Origin: an uncultured Actinomycetes bacterium
GTDB taxonomy: Bacteria > Actinomycetota > UBA4738 > HRBIN12
Assembly: GCA_963704725.1 (NCBI GenBank)
Contig: OY969934.1
Coordinates: forward strand, 480,001-544,000
Reading direction: 5' to 3'
DNA length: 64,000 bases
A model generated the notes under the pieces. It made no database searches. It had not been told where the DNA came from and worked only from the letters and a program-made list of their open reading frames with translations. Numbering within the stretch: position 1 is the stretch's first letter; every line of letters starts with the position of its first letter. This document shows, one piece after another, positions 17,229 through 26,664 of this stretch. A program made the translations under genes and the position numbers.

Positions 17229-20200
17229 ATGGCGCTCACCAAGGACCGTCCCGACCAGGCCGTCCGCGTCTCGGAGGCCGAGGCCCGGGGGTTCCTGGGA
17301 CGGCCGGTCGTCTTGGCCGTGGCCATCGCGGTGGTGCTCCTGGCGTTCGGCTGGACCTTCCTGCGCGACCCCTCGGTCAGCGCCCCCACGCGCGACCCGG
17401 CCTGGTACACGTGGCGATCGAACCTGATGATGAACGACGACCCCGGCCTCATCGCGGGCGACTGGGGGCCGTTCTCGATGTTCGGCGGGGGCTATCGCGT
17501 CTCGGTCCCGCTCTACGGCTCGATCCTTCAGCGGGTGGCCGGGATCGACCTGTACACGTTCAGCGCGTTCATGATGGTGGGGGTCCCCGTGCTCACCGGG
17601 CTGGCTCTCGGTGCGTTCGCGTGGCGTCGCTCCCGCGATCCGTTGCTGTTCCTGCTCGTCATGCTCGCGACGGCGGCCCTGTTCATGACGACGCCCTACG
17701 TCGGCTACCTCGACAACATCACGATCCTGTTCTTCCTGTCGATGATCCTGGCGTTCTTCGAACCCGGGCGGACGTCGTGGGGCGCGAGGACCGCGCTCTT
17801 CCTGCTCGGCATCGTCGCGGCGTACACCCATCCCACGACGTGCGTCATCTTCGGCGCGTCGCTGATGGCCGTGTTCGGCCTCCGCGTCCTGACGAGCCGG
17901 TTCCACCTCGGCCCCGCCCTGAAGGAGCTCGGGCCGTCGCTGATGTCGGTCGGGTTCGGGATGATCCTCGGGCTCGGCTCGTGGCTCGCGTCGCCGTGGG
18001 GCGTGAAGGGGTCGCTCGCCGACGCGGCCCTTCCTCCGCCGTACACGCGAGAGGTCTTCATGAAGCGCCTCGACGGCTGGGTGAGCTCACTGCAACCGGC
18101 GATCGTCGTGCCGCTCGTGGTGCTGGCGATCGGCTGGACGATCTGGCGGGCCCGGCGGGATCACGAGCGATCCGACGGGTTCGGGACGATCTCGACGATG
18201 CTGCTCCTGCCCTTCCTCGGAACGCTCGGGTGGATCGCGGGGGCGACCTATCCCTACTACCGGTTCATGAACGCCACCCTCGCGCTCTTCCCGCTCGCGG
18301 GGCTCGGCGCGTACGTCGCGATCAAGTGGCTGTGGCGACGCGACGGCCTGGCGAAGGTCGCAGGCCTCGTCGCCTCGCTGGTGATCGTCGGGTCGTTCGG
18401 CTTCATCTGGGTCAACGGGCGGGACGCGGCGCAGTGGGCCAACCCCGACAACCAGTGGATCGACCAGCCCACCCGAACCGCGCTCTCGGCGGCGCGCGCG
18501 GTCGTCGAGCACTCGCCCCCGGACTCGCCGGTCGTCTTCGTCGTGAACTTCGGCGACACCTACCAGTCCTACGGATGGGCGAAGACCTTCACGAACGTCT
18601 CGCGGACCGGCCTGCCCGGCGAGGACGTGAAGCGCTCCATGACCTACTTCGGCGCCGTCGACGACCTGCTCGCGAACCGGCCGACCGCGTTGACGGATCC
18701 GACCTACAACAAGATGTCGCGGGGCTTCCTCCGCGAGCTGACCGCCCTCCGCGAGGAGTACACGGGCCCGCCGGTCGTCCTCCTCGTCCGCCAGTTCAAC
18801 CAGGGCACCGTGAACGAGGACCTGCTCGACTCGGGCGATCCGACCCTGATGAAGATCGGCGACGACATCGCCGTCGTCACGGGGCCGGAGCTCGCGACGC
18901 CGTCACCGGCCGCCCTGGAGGACGCTCGCGCGTCCGAGGCCGCCGTGGCCGCCTTCTACGCGGACCACCCGGGGATCTTCGGGAACCTCGGGCACACGCT
19001 GTTGGTGGTCCTCGCCCTGGTCCTGCTCCTGGTCGTCCCCGGCCTGCTCGCGGCGGACTACTTCGAGCTGAACGACACGTGGCTCCGGGTCTCGCTCGTG
19101 CCGGGGATCTCGATCGCGCTCACCGTGCTGGCGGGAGTGATCGTCGTCGGCGTGCACCGGGCGCCTTTCGGGACCGGCGACGGGTGGGCCTCGCTCGGTC
19201 TGGCCACCGTGTTCGCCGGAGGTCTCCGCGTGGGCGCTCGGCCGATCCAGCGGACCATGGCGGCCGTCGGCGACTTCTTCAACCGGATGTTCTCCACGTT
19301 CTCCAACGCGGACTTCGCGGCGCTGATGGGCGTGCAGTTCCTGGTCATGGCGGCGGACGGCCTGATCCGGGGGTCGATCGCCAAGTCGATCGCGTTCGGA
19401 GGCCAGGAGGGTTTCGACATCACGACGGTGCCGTCAGCCGACTACCTCCTGAAGGTGGTGCTGGCGCTCTACGTGCCGTACACGTTCCTGTCGCCGTTCA
19501 TCGGCGTCGTCATCGACCGGTTCGAGCGGCGGCGCGTGCTGGCCGTCTCGAGCATCGTCACCGCCGCGACCACGGCGGTCCTCGCCGTCGCGATCATGCT
19601 CCCCCTCGGCGACGACACGTCCGAGGGCAAGGTGGCGGCGACCGCCGGCCTGGTCCTGGCGATGCTGGTCATGCAGGCCTGCGTGCGGATCATGCTCGCG
19701 GTCAAGTCGGCCGCCCTGCCCGGCGTCGTGCACGGGAAGGACCTGATGAACGGCAACGGTCTGTCCCAGGCCGGCGGCGCGCTCTTCCAGGTGCTCGGGG
19801 CGGGGGTGGCGTTCGGGGCCGGCGGGGCGCTGCCGTCCTGGGCGGTCGTGATCGTCGGCGGCGGGACGCTCGTGGTGTCGGCGTTCGTGGCGATGCGGAT
19901 CCAGCGCATGGAGATCACGAAGCACGTGACGTCGTTCGCCGAGGAGGCCAAGCGCGTCGTCAAGGACATCGCGAACGGCGTCCGGGAGGTGGCGCAGCGC
20001 CCGGCCGCGGCGCTCGGGCTCACCGCGTTCCAGATGCTCCGGTACCAGTTCTGGGGGTTCGCCCTCGGCGTGTTCGCCCTGTACGCGCGCTCCCTCGTCG
20101 AGAGCGGCGACGTCGACTCGATCGCGCTCGCCATCGTGGGCGGAGGCGGGTTCGTGGGCGGCGCGCTCGGCATGGTGCTCGCGCAGCGGTGGAAGGACCG

Positions 20201-20609
20201 CGTGCCTCCCGTCCGGCTGCTCCTCGGGTCGATGGCGCTCCTCGGCGGGAGCGCGCTCGTCCTCGGCTTCTGGGTGAGCCTGGCCGGCTTCACCCTCCTG
20301 CTGTTCTTCGGGTTCTTCGCGTTCTTCCTCGGCAAGATCTCCGCCGACACGATCCTCCAGCAGGCCATCCGAGACGATTTCCGGGGCCGCGCGTTCGCGC
20401 TGTTCGACATCGCGTACAACCTCGGGTTCATCGTCCCGGCGCTCATCCTCGTGCTCGTGTGGAACGACGACCGGGCGGGCGTCACGCTGATCGCTTCCGG
20501 CGCGGTGTTTCTCGCGCTGACGGCGGGCATCGCCCGCTGGGCTCGGGCCATCCGAGCGGAGCTCGCCCCGCAGGACGACCTCGCCGACGACGCCCCGGAG
20601 GCGCGGTGA
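17229..20609 (+). CDS. Large polytopic membrane protein (1126 aa): GT-C-like glycosyltransferase region fused to a C-terminal MFS transporter
   Basis: After TM1, an external loop with RDPAWY; about 11 TMs including AYTHPTT; a soluble domain; then from about 19280 a 12-TM MFS with PYTFLSPFIGVVIDRFERRRVL and DDFRGRAFALFD. Confidence 0.72.
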   Translation: MALTKDRPDQAVRVSEAEARGFLGRPVVLAVAIAVVLLAFGWTFLRDPSVSAPTRDPAWYTWRSNLMMNDDPGLIAGDWGPFSMFGGGYRVSVPLYGSILQRVAGIDLYTFSAFMMVGVPVLTGLALGAFAWRRSRDPLLFLLVMLATAALFMTTPYVGYLDNITILFFLSMILAFFEPGRTSWGARTALFLLGIVAAYTHPTTCVIFGASLMAVFGLRVLTSRFHLGPALKELGPSLMSVGFGMILGLGSWLASPWGVKGSLADAALPPPYTREVFMKRLDGWVSSLQPAIVVPLVVLAIGWTIWRARRDHERSDGFGTISTMLLLPFLGTLGWIAGATYPYYRFMNATLALFPLAGLGAYVAIKWLWRRDGLAKVAGLVASLVIVGSFGFIWVNGRDAAQWANPDNQWIDQPTRTALSAARAVVEHSPPDSPVVFVVNFGDTYQSYGWAKTFTNVSRTGLPGEDVKRSMTYFGAVDDLLANRPTALTDPTYNKMSRGFLRELTALREEYTGPPVVLLVRQFNQGTVNEDLLDSGDPTLMKIGDDIAVVTGPELATPSPAALEDARASEAAVAAFYADHPGIFGNLGHTLLVVLALVLLLVVPGLLAADYFELNDTWLRVSLVPGISIALTVLAGVIVVGVHRAPFGTGDGWASLGLATVFAGGLRVGARPIQRTMAAVGDFFNRMFSTFSNADFAALMGVQFLVMAADGLIRGSIAKSIAFGGQEGFDITTVPSADYLLKVVLALYVPYTFLSPFIGVVIDRFERRRVLAVSSIVTAATTAVLAVAIMLPLGDDTSEGKVAATAGLVLAMLVMQACVRIMLAVKSAALPGVVHGKDLMNGNGLSQAGGALFQVLGAGVAFGAGGALPSWAVVIVGGGTLVVSAFVAMRIQRMEITKHVTSFAEEAKRVVKDIANGVREVAQRPAAALGLTAFQMLRYQFWGFALGVFALYARSLVESGDVDSIALAIVGGGGFVGGALGMVLAQRWKDRVPPVRLLLGSMALLGGSALVLGFWVSLAGFTLLLFFGFFAFFLGKISADTILQQAIRDDFRGRAFALFDIAYNLGFIVPALILVLVWNDDRAGVTLIASGAVFLALTAGIARWARAIRAELAPQDDLADDAPEAR

Positions 20610-21142
20610 TGCAGAGACTCTCCTCGCCCGATCCCGTCTCCGAGCCGGCCGCGTATCAGCAGCACCTGCTCGGCCTCCTCGGGCAGGACGATCCGGCCGA
20701 GGTGCAGGCCGGCGCGGTGGAGGCCTGGCGCGCGCTCGTCGACGAGACCGGGGACCGGCTGCGAGACCGCCCCGAGCCCTCCGAGTGGTCGGTGCTGGAG
20801 TGCCTGGGGCACGCCACAGACGCCGAGCTCGTCGTGTCGGGCCGCTACCGGTGGATCCTCGCGCACGACGAGCCGCCCCTGATCGGCTACGACCAGGACC
20901 TGTGGGTGGACCGCCTCCGCCACCACGAGGACGACCCCGACGAGCTCCAGGCGTTCCTGGGCGCGCTCCGATCGGCCAACCTCGCGCTGTGGCGCAAGAC
21001 GCCGGAGGGGGACCGGGCCCGCGTCGGCGTGCACGCCGAGCGGGGACCGGAGAGCTACGAGCTCACGTTCCGGCTGCTCGCCGGGCACGACCGCTTCCAC
21101 CTGGCGCAGGCGCGCCGCGCGCTCGACGCCGTCTCCGCCTAG
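20609..21142 (+). CDS. DinB/YfiT family protein
   Basis: RPEPSEWSVLECLGH, PPLIGYDQDLW, GHDRFHLAQ His triad; TGATG overlap with the upstream gene. Confidence 0.85.
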   Translation: MQRLSSPDPVSEPAAYQQHLLGLLGQDDPAEVQAGAVEAWRALVDETGDRLRDRPEPSEWSVLECLGHATDAELVVSGRYRWILAHDEPPLIGYDQDLWVDRLRHHEDDPDELQAFLGALRSANLALWRKTPEGDRARVGVHAERGPESYELTFRLLAGHDRFHLAQARRALDAVSA

Positions 21143-21414
21143 GCGGGACCGGAGCCGATCGTCGCCTCGAACTCGGGGAAGTAGCGACCGATCACGGTCA
21201 CGTCGAAGCTCCGAAGGATCGACTCCTTGGGCTCGCGCTCGAGCAGGAACGCGAAGCAGGCGCGCACGAAGTCCTCGGGCGTCGCGAACGCGGCGCCGAG
21301 CCGCTCGAGGTCCTCGGCCGACGCCGTGACCTCGTGTTCGGTGCTCGAGCCCCGCTCCTCGACCGTGACGTGGAAGCGCCCGATGTCCGCTCGGACCACC
21401 GAGATCTCGGACAA
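21139..21414 (-). CDS. Hypothetical protein (91 aa)
   Basis: GAGGAGG RBS; FHVTVEE..STEHEVT..FAFLLEREPKESILRSFDV..YFPEFE reads as a genuine conserved small protein. Confidence 0.75.
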   Translation of the reverse strand: MSEISVVRADIGRFHVTVEERGSSTEHEVTASAEDLERLGAAFATPEDFVRACFAFLLEREPKESILRSFDVTVIGRYFPEFEATIGSGPA

Positions 21415-21467
21415 GCCGATCCCTCCTCGCCGGGTATCGTACGCGCGACCCCTTGGAGGTCGAGCCC

Positions 21468-22253
21468 GTGCCCGAGGTCCACACGAACGACGCGACGCTG
21501 TTCTGCGAGCTCGACGGCGTCGGCGAACCGGTCACGGTCGTGGCGCACGGGCTCACGCACAACCGGAACGAGCTCGCCGCGTTCACGCCCTACGCGCCGG
21601 GCACCAAGGTCCGGTTCGACTTCCGCGGTCACGGCCGGTCGAGCAGCCCCCCGACCGGGTTCCGCTTCGCGGACTTCGCGCGAGACGTGGACGCGGTCGC
21701 GACCGCGTTCGGGGCCACGGTCGCGCTCGGGACCTCGCTCGGCGCCGGCGCCATCGGGCGCCTGGTCTGCCGGGTGCCGGATCGCTTCGAGCGCATGGTG
21801 TGGCTGCTGCCGGCGGGACTCGACATCCCGTTCTCGCTGGCCGGCCGGTATCACGCGCTGGCCGGTGAGCTCGAGGGCAAGACGCCCGAGGAGGCCCTGG
21901 AGGGCATCCTCAACGACCCCGCGCGCGTGACCGAGTATTTCCAGACGCCCTGGAGGCTGGAGGTCGACCGCCTGATGTGGCAGCACGACGACCCCGACGG
22001 TCTCGCGCGCGCCATCAACGGGGTGGTCGACGACTGGCCGATCCCCGACCGTGAGCTCCTGCGCGAGGTCCGGATCCCGACGCTGATCGTGTGCATCGAG
22101 GACGACGACATCCATCCGGCCGAGCTGGGGCCGATCTTCACCGGCCTGATGCCGGACGCCGAGCTGATCTCCTTCGCCAGCCAGGAACAGCTCTTCGCCG
22201 AGATCCCGGCGCTCGTCGCGCGTGTCGCGGCCTTCATCGAGGGGAATGACTGA
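21468..22253 (+). CDS. Alpha/beta fold hydrolase
   Basis: AHGL, FDFRGHGRS, nucleophile elbow GTSLG, DDIHP. Confidence 0.85.
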   Translation: MPEVHTNDATLFCELDGVGEPVTVVAHGLTHNRNELAAFTPYAPGTKVRFDFRGHGRSSSPPTGFRFADFARDVDAVATAFGATVALGTSLGAGAIGRLVCRVPDRFERMVWLLPAGLDIPFSLAGRYHALAGELEGKTPEEALEGILNDPARVTEYFQTPWRLEVDRLMWQHDDPDGLARAINGVVDDWPIPDRELLREVRIPTLIVCIEDDDIHPAELGPIFTGLMPDAELISFASQEQLFAEIPALVARVAAFIEGND

Positions 22254-22280
22254 CGTGGTGACGGCGTTGCAGGCCTCGCG

Positions 22281-22823
22281 ATGAGCGAGCTCGAGGACTT
22301 CCGTGCGGACAAGGACACGTTCTTCCGCGAGCACCCGCAGTCGCCGCTGCGGCAGGAGCAGCAGGCGTCGTTCGCGGGCCTCGTCTACTTCTCCGCGGAT
22401 CCGGCGCTCGTCGTTCGCACCCGCGTCGAGACGGAGGGCGTCGACCTCGAGGATGTCATCGTGATGCCCACGACCACCGGCGGGGAGCAGACGTACCGCC
22501 GCGCCGGCGTCGCCCGGTTCGAGGTCGACGGCAGCCCGGCGCAAGTGACTCTGTTCACGTCCGCCGACTCGCGCGAGCTGTTCCTTCCGTTCCGCGACGC
22601 GACGAGCGGCGACGAGACCTACGGCGCCGGCCGCTACCTCGAGGTCGAGGCGCCCTCCCTCGATGGGACGGTCGAGATCGACTTCAACTACGCCTACAAC
22701 CCGTACTGCGCCTACAACCCGGACTGGTCCTGTCCCATCCCGCCCGCCGAGAACTGGCTCTCGGTCCCGATCCGTGCCGGCGAGAAGCGATTCCCGGACG
22801 AGCCGGCCGGGACCGTCGGGTAA
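22281..22823 (+). CDS. DUF1684 domain-containing protein
   Basis: LFLPFRDATSGDETYGAGRYL, DFNYAYNPYCAYNPDWSCPIPPAENWL..IRAGEK. Confidence 0.92.
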   Translation: MSELEDFRADKDTFFREHPQSPLRQEQQASFAGLVYFSADPALVVRTRVETEGVDLEDVIVMPTTTGGEQTYRRAGVARFEVDGSPAQVTLFTSADSRELFLPFRDATSGDETYGAGRYLEVEAPSLDGTVEIDFNYAYNPYCAYNPDWSCPIPPAENWLSVPIRAGEKRFPDEPAGTVG

Positions 22824-22833
22824 CCTCTGCCGC

Positions 22834-23556
22834 GTGACCGAGGAGCTGTTCTCCACCGACGCGTACGCGCGCGTGTGCCGGGCGATCGTGCAGGGCGTGA
22901 CGGAGGACGGCGTCGTCCTGGACCGCACCGTCTTCTACGCGCGAGGCGGCGGGCAGCCCGGCGACACGGGCGTCCTGCGCTGGGACGAAGGCGAGGCCCG
23001 GGTGGTCGACACCGTCAAGCGCTCGGGCACGCTGGTCCACGTCGTCGAGGGTACGGCACCCCCGGTCGGCGCGACCGTGTCGGCGGAGATCGACTGGGAG
23101 CGGCGGCACCTGTTGATGCGGACCCACACCGCCCTGCACGCGCTGTCGGGCATCGTGTTCCGCGACTACGGCGCGAAGGTGACCGGAGGCAACATCTCCG
23201 AGCCCGGCGTGGCGAGGATGGACTTCGAGCTCGACACGATCGGGGCCGAGTTCGGTCGCGAGGTGGAGGAGAAGCTCAACGCGGCGCTGAGCTCGGATCG
23301 GCCGGTGCACGTGAGCTTCCTGCCCAGGGCCGAAGCGCTCGCCGACCCGGACCTCATCCGGACCAAGGTCAGCCTGATCCCGGACTCCGTCGACCCGATC
23401 CGGGTCATCGACATCGAGGGCATCGACAAGCAGGCCGACGGCGGCACGCACGTGCGTTCCAGCGGGGAGGTCGGCCGGGTGCGCGTGGCCAAGACCGAGA
23501 ACAAGGGCAGGGCCTTCAAGCGGATGCGCATCGAGCTCGTCGACCCGGCCGGCTGA
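22834..23556 (+). CDS. Alanyl-tRNA editing protein (AlaX-M type)
   Basis: LDRTVFYARGGGQPGDTG, MRTHTALH, RMDF, QADGGTHV. Confidence 0.9.
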   Translation: MTEELFSTDAYARVCRAIVQGVTEDGVVLDRTVFYARGGGQPGDTGVLRWDEGEARVVDTVKRSGTLVHVVEGTAPPVGATVSAEIDWERRHLLMRTHTALHALSGIVFRDYGAKVTGGNISEPGVARMDFELDTIGAEFGREVEEKLNAALSSDRPVHVSFLPRAEALADPDLIRTKVSLIPDSVDPIRVIDIEGIDKQADGGTHVRSSGEVGRVRVAKTENKGRAFKRMRIELVDPAG

Positions 23557-23558
23557 CC

Positions 23559-24476
23559 TTGGCCTCCGCAGCCGCCGTGCGGACGAACCGCGATCTCGTC
23601 GGCGGCGTCCTCGCGGCCGCGGCCTCCTTGCAGTTCGGGACGATCGTCGTGCTCGGCAAGCGGGTGCTGGGACGCGGCATGACCGTCGAGTCGATGCTCG
23701 CCTACCGGTTCGGCGTGGCGGCGATCCTGCTCGCGCTCGTCCTCGTCGCGCTCCGGCGCCCCCTGCTCGCCGAGCCGGGTGAGCGCGCGGGCCTGGCCGC
23801 GCTCGCCTTCTTCGGGTACGCGGCCGAATCGACGTTCTTCTTCACCGGGGCCCGCCACGGCACCGTGGCCGCCGTCACGTTGCTCTTCTTCACCTACCCG
23901 GTGTTCGTGACGGTGGGGGTGTGGCTCGCCGGACGCGGCGCTCCCGCCCGGCTCACGCTGCTCGCGCTGGCGTGCGCCGTCTTGGGCGCCGGGATCGTGG
24001 CCGGCACCGGCGCGGGGCTCTCCGTCCAGGTCGAGGGCGTCGTCTTCGCCCTCGCCGCCGGGCTCACGTACAGCGCGTACCTGATCGGCAGCGACTTCGT
24101 CCTGCGGCGGACGAGCCCGCTCACGAGCGCGATGTGGGTGAGCGCCGGCGCCTCGCTCGGTCTGTTCTCGTTCTCGGCGGTGGCGAGCCGCTACAGCTCG
24201 CCCCAGGTGACCGCCGATTGGTGGTCGATCCTCGGGATGGGCCTGGCGTCGGCCGGCGCGTTCGTGTGTCTGCTCGGCGCGCTCCAGCGGATCGGCGCGG
24301 TGCGCACGTCGATCGTCTCGGCGACCGAGCCGCTCTCGGCGGCGTTCCTCGGCTGGATCGTGCTCGACGAATCCGTCAGCGCGGGGACGGCGATCGGCGG
24401 TGCGCTGATCCTCGCCGCCGCCGTCGCCGCGAGCCTCGCCCGGGCGGCGAGCGAGCAGGAGCAGCAGATCCCCTAG
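23559..24476 (+). CDS. DMT/EamA family transporter
   Basis: About 10 TMs in two EamA repeats; LAYRF, FFTYPVFV, SIVSATEPLSAAFLGWIVLDE. Confidence 0.88.
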   Translation: MASAAAVRTNRDLVGGVLAAAASLQFGTIVVLGKRVLGRGMTVESMLAYRFGVAAILLALVLVALRRPLLAEPGERAGLAALAFFGYAAESTFFFTGARHGTVAAVTLLFFTYPVFVTVGVWLAGRGAPARLTLLALACAVLGAGIVAGTGAGLSVQVEGVVFALAAGLTYSAYLIGSDFVLRRTSPLTSAMWVSAGASLGLFSFSAVASRYSSPQVTADWWSILGMGLASAGAFVCLLGALQRIGAVRTSIVSATEPLSAAFLGWIVLDESVSAGTAIGGALILAAAVAASLARAASEQEQQIP

Positions 24477-24505
24477 CGCCGGGCCGTGTCGGAGGCCGGA
24501 GGTTC

Positions 24506-26533
24506 CTAGCCGGACGCGAGCACGATCGTCCACATCGTGGCGTAGCTGGCGGTCGATGCCGCCGTGGCCGTGAGCCCGCCGTACGAGCCGGCGGGCACGA
24601 GGCCGTCGCTGTCGACGACGAGCCCCTTCACGGTGCCACTCCCGGTCTGCGTGCCGCTCGCACGGACCGTCACCCCGCCGGGCGGGGTCAGGAGCGTCGC
24701 GGTCGAGTCCTTGTGCGTCCAGTAGGAGACCGCCCAGCTCGTGGCCGAGGAGACCGCCGCGAACGGCGTGACGTGCTGGGACCGCCCGGGCGCGTCGATC
24801 GCGCTCGCGAACGAGGCGACGGGATCGATCCCGGAGGTTCCGCGGTAGGCGACGAGCACGAGGTTCCCCTTCGAGATCGAAGAGACCGAGATCGTCACGG
24901 CGCCGCCGACGTCTGCGGGGCCGGCCACCTTCCGCCAGACGCGCGTCGTGGCGCCCGACATCGTCAGCGTGTCGAGCGGGGCCCACCCGGTCACGCCGGC
25001 CGGCTCCGAGACGGTGGCCGTGGTGTTCGTCGCGAAGAACAGGAGCAGGCCGTCACCCGGCGCGACGGACGCCGGCACCGTGACGCTGTGAGTGACCGCG
25101 TTCGCGTTGGACATCGCCTGCCCGACGAACGAGATCTGCCCGCCGCCCTCCGCGACCGTGACGCCCCGCGTGTCCACGCCGGTCGCGCCGTCGTCGTCGG
25201 TCACGGTGAGCGTGACGGCGTAGGAGCCGGCGGCCGCGTACGTGTGCGACGCCGTGATCCCGACGTCCGTCCCGCCGTCGCCGAAGTCCCACGCGTACGA
25301 GGCGATCGCCCCATCGGGATCGAAGGAGTCGGATCCGTCCACCGTGCAGGAGAGCTCGGCGCATCCGACGCCGATGACCGCGGTCGGGGCCCGGTTCGGG
25401 GGCGGCTCGTTCGACAGGCCGACGACCCGCTCGAGGGGCACGAGCTTGAAGTTCTGGTTCCCGCTGTTCCCCGGGAGCGTGTTGGTGTTGTCCTGGCACA
25501 CGAACAGGCCGTTCGGGAACGCCGGCCCCATGTCTGCGGCCAGCGCGTCGATGCCGTCGGTGCGCCCGCACCCATCGACGACCGCCCCGGTCACCACGCG
25601 GAAGCTCCGGATGAAGGCGTTGGCGCCCTGGCGCTCGTAGACGAGGTAGGAGTTGAGCGTGTCGGACGCGGCCTGCGACGACGCGAGCAGGTACCCCGTC
25701 CCTCCGGGCTGGTAGACGATCGTGAGCCCTTCGGCGTCGGGACGGATGTGCCCGCCGGCCGCGATCGTGCGGTCAACCGCCACCCGCGACCCGGGGTTCG
25801 TCGGATCGGTCGGCTCGGCCCCGTACTTCCAGATCGCGACGTCCTCCTCGCTGATGTAGAGGTCCCCGAGCTCGTCGTCGGCCACGCAGCCCTCGACCTC
25901 GCGTCCCACGTCCCACTGGCGGACGACGGTCCCCTCGATCAGGCCGTCGGCGTCGGCATCGGTCAGTGCGAGCTGGGCGACCCGGCCGCTGCGGGCGTTC
26001 ACGAACACGTAGAAGCTCCCGGAGGCGGGGCTCCGGTACAGGCAGATCCCCTCGCCGCCGGTGAACGGGACCGCGATGCTCCCGGTCCCGGAGTCCGTGA
26101 CGTTCGCGAGGTGCCTGGTGGCCGGATCGATCCCGTAGACGCGGATCCCGGCCCGGAAGGTCACGGCGACGTCGATCGCCCCGGTCGCAGTGACGATCCC
26201 GCTGCGGACGTCGACGTTGCCGAAGAACCCACCCGTGATCCGCTGGATGAGCCCGCCGGCCAGATCGTAGACCTCGAGCGCTCCGCCCTTGTCGTTGCCG
26301 ATCACCACGGAGCGCGACGGATCGGAGGGATCCCGCCAGATCGCGGGGTCGTCCGCCGCGTCGCCCGAGTGCGAGACCGGAGGTGTCTCGACCGTGGCCA
26401 CCGCGTCGCCCACCGGCTGGTCGGCGGCCGCCGCGGGTGTCCACACCGCCGACACGGCGGCGACGAGGACGGCGGCCACGACGGCCGTGCGGCGTCGGAC
26501 CGGTGGCGCGATCGACCGATCTGGTGTCCTCAC
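24506..26533 (-). CDS. Secreted beta-propeller phytase with a PKD domain and a C-terminal beta-rich domain
   Basis: Signal peptide; DAADDPAIW, GNDKGG, EGCVADD, EEDVAIWKYGAEP, DAEGL, TDGI, QNFKLV; PKD motif SFDPDG..YAWDFGDG..VTLTVTDD. Confidence 0.9.
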   Translation of the reverse strand: MRTPDRSIAPPVRRRTAVVAAVLVAAVSAVWTPAAAADQPVGDAVATVETPPVSHSGDAADDPAIWRDPSDPSRSVVIGNDKGGALEVYDLAGGLIQRITGGFFGNVDVRSGIVTATGAIDVAVTFRAGIRVYGIDPATRHLANVTDSGTGSIAVPFTGGEGICLYRSPASGSFYVFVNARSGRVAQLALTDADADGLIEGTVVRQWDVGREVEGCVADDELGDLYISEEDVAIWKYGAEPTDPTNPGSRVAVDRTIAAGGHIRPDAEGLTIVYQPGGTGYLLASSQAASDTLNSYLVYERQGANAFIRSFRVVTGAVVDGCGRTDGIDALAADMGPAFPNGLFVCQDNTNTLPGNSGNQNFKLVPLERVVGLSNEPPPNRAPTAVIGVGCAELSCTVDGSDSFDPDGAIASYAWDFGDGGTDVGITASHTYAAAGSYAVTLTVTDDDGATGVDTRGVTVAEGGGQISFVGQAMSNANAVTHSVTVPASVAPGDGLLLFFATNTTATVSEPAGVTGWAPLDTLTMSGATTRVWRKVAGPADVGGAVTISVSSISKGNLVLVAYRGTSGIDPVASFASAIDAPGRSQHVTPFAAVSSATSWAVSYWTHKDSTATLLTPPGGVTVRASGTQTGSGTVKGLVVDSDGLVPAGSYGGLTATAASTASYATMWTIVLASG

Positions 26534-26664
26534 GGCTCCCCGCCTCGCCCGCCGCGAACGGCCTCATGCCGCCGGCGGTACGAGATCCCCTCTGCGGGCG
26601 CACAGTACCGAGCGCCCGTGCGGTCGCGCAACGGTTTCTTGGGGGAAGTCCTCCCCCCACGGGG

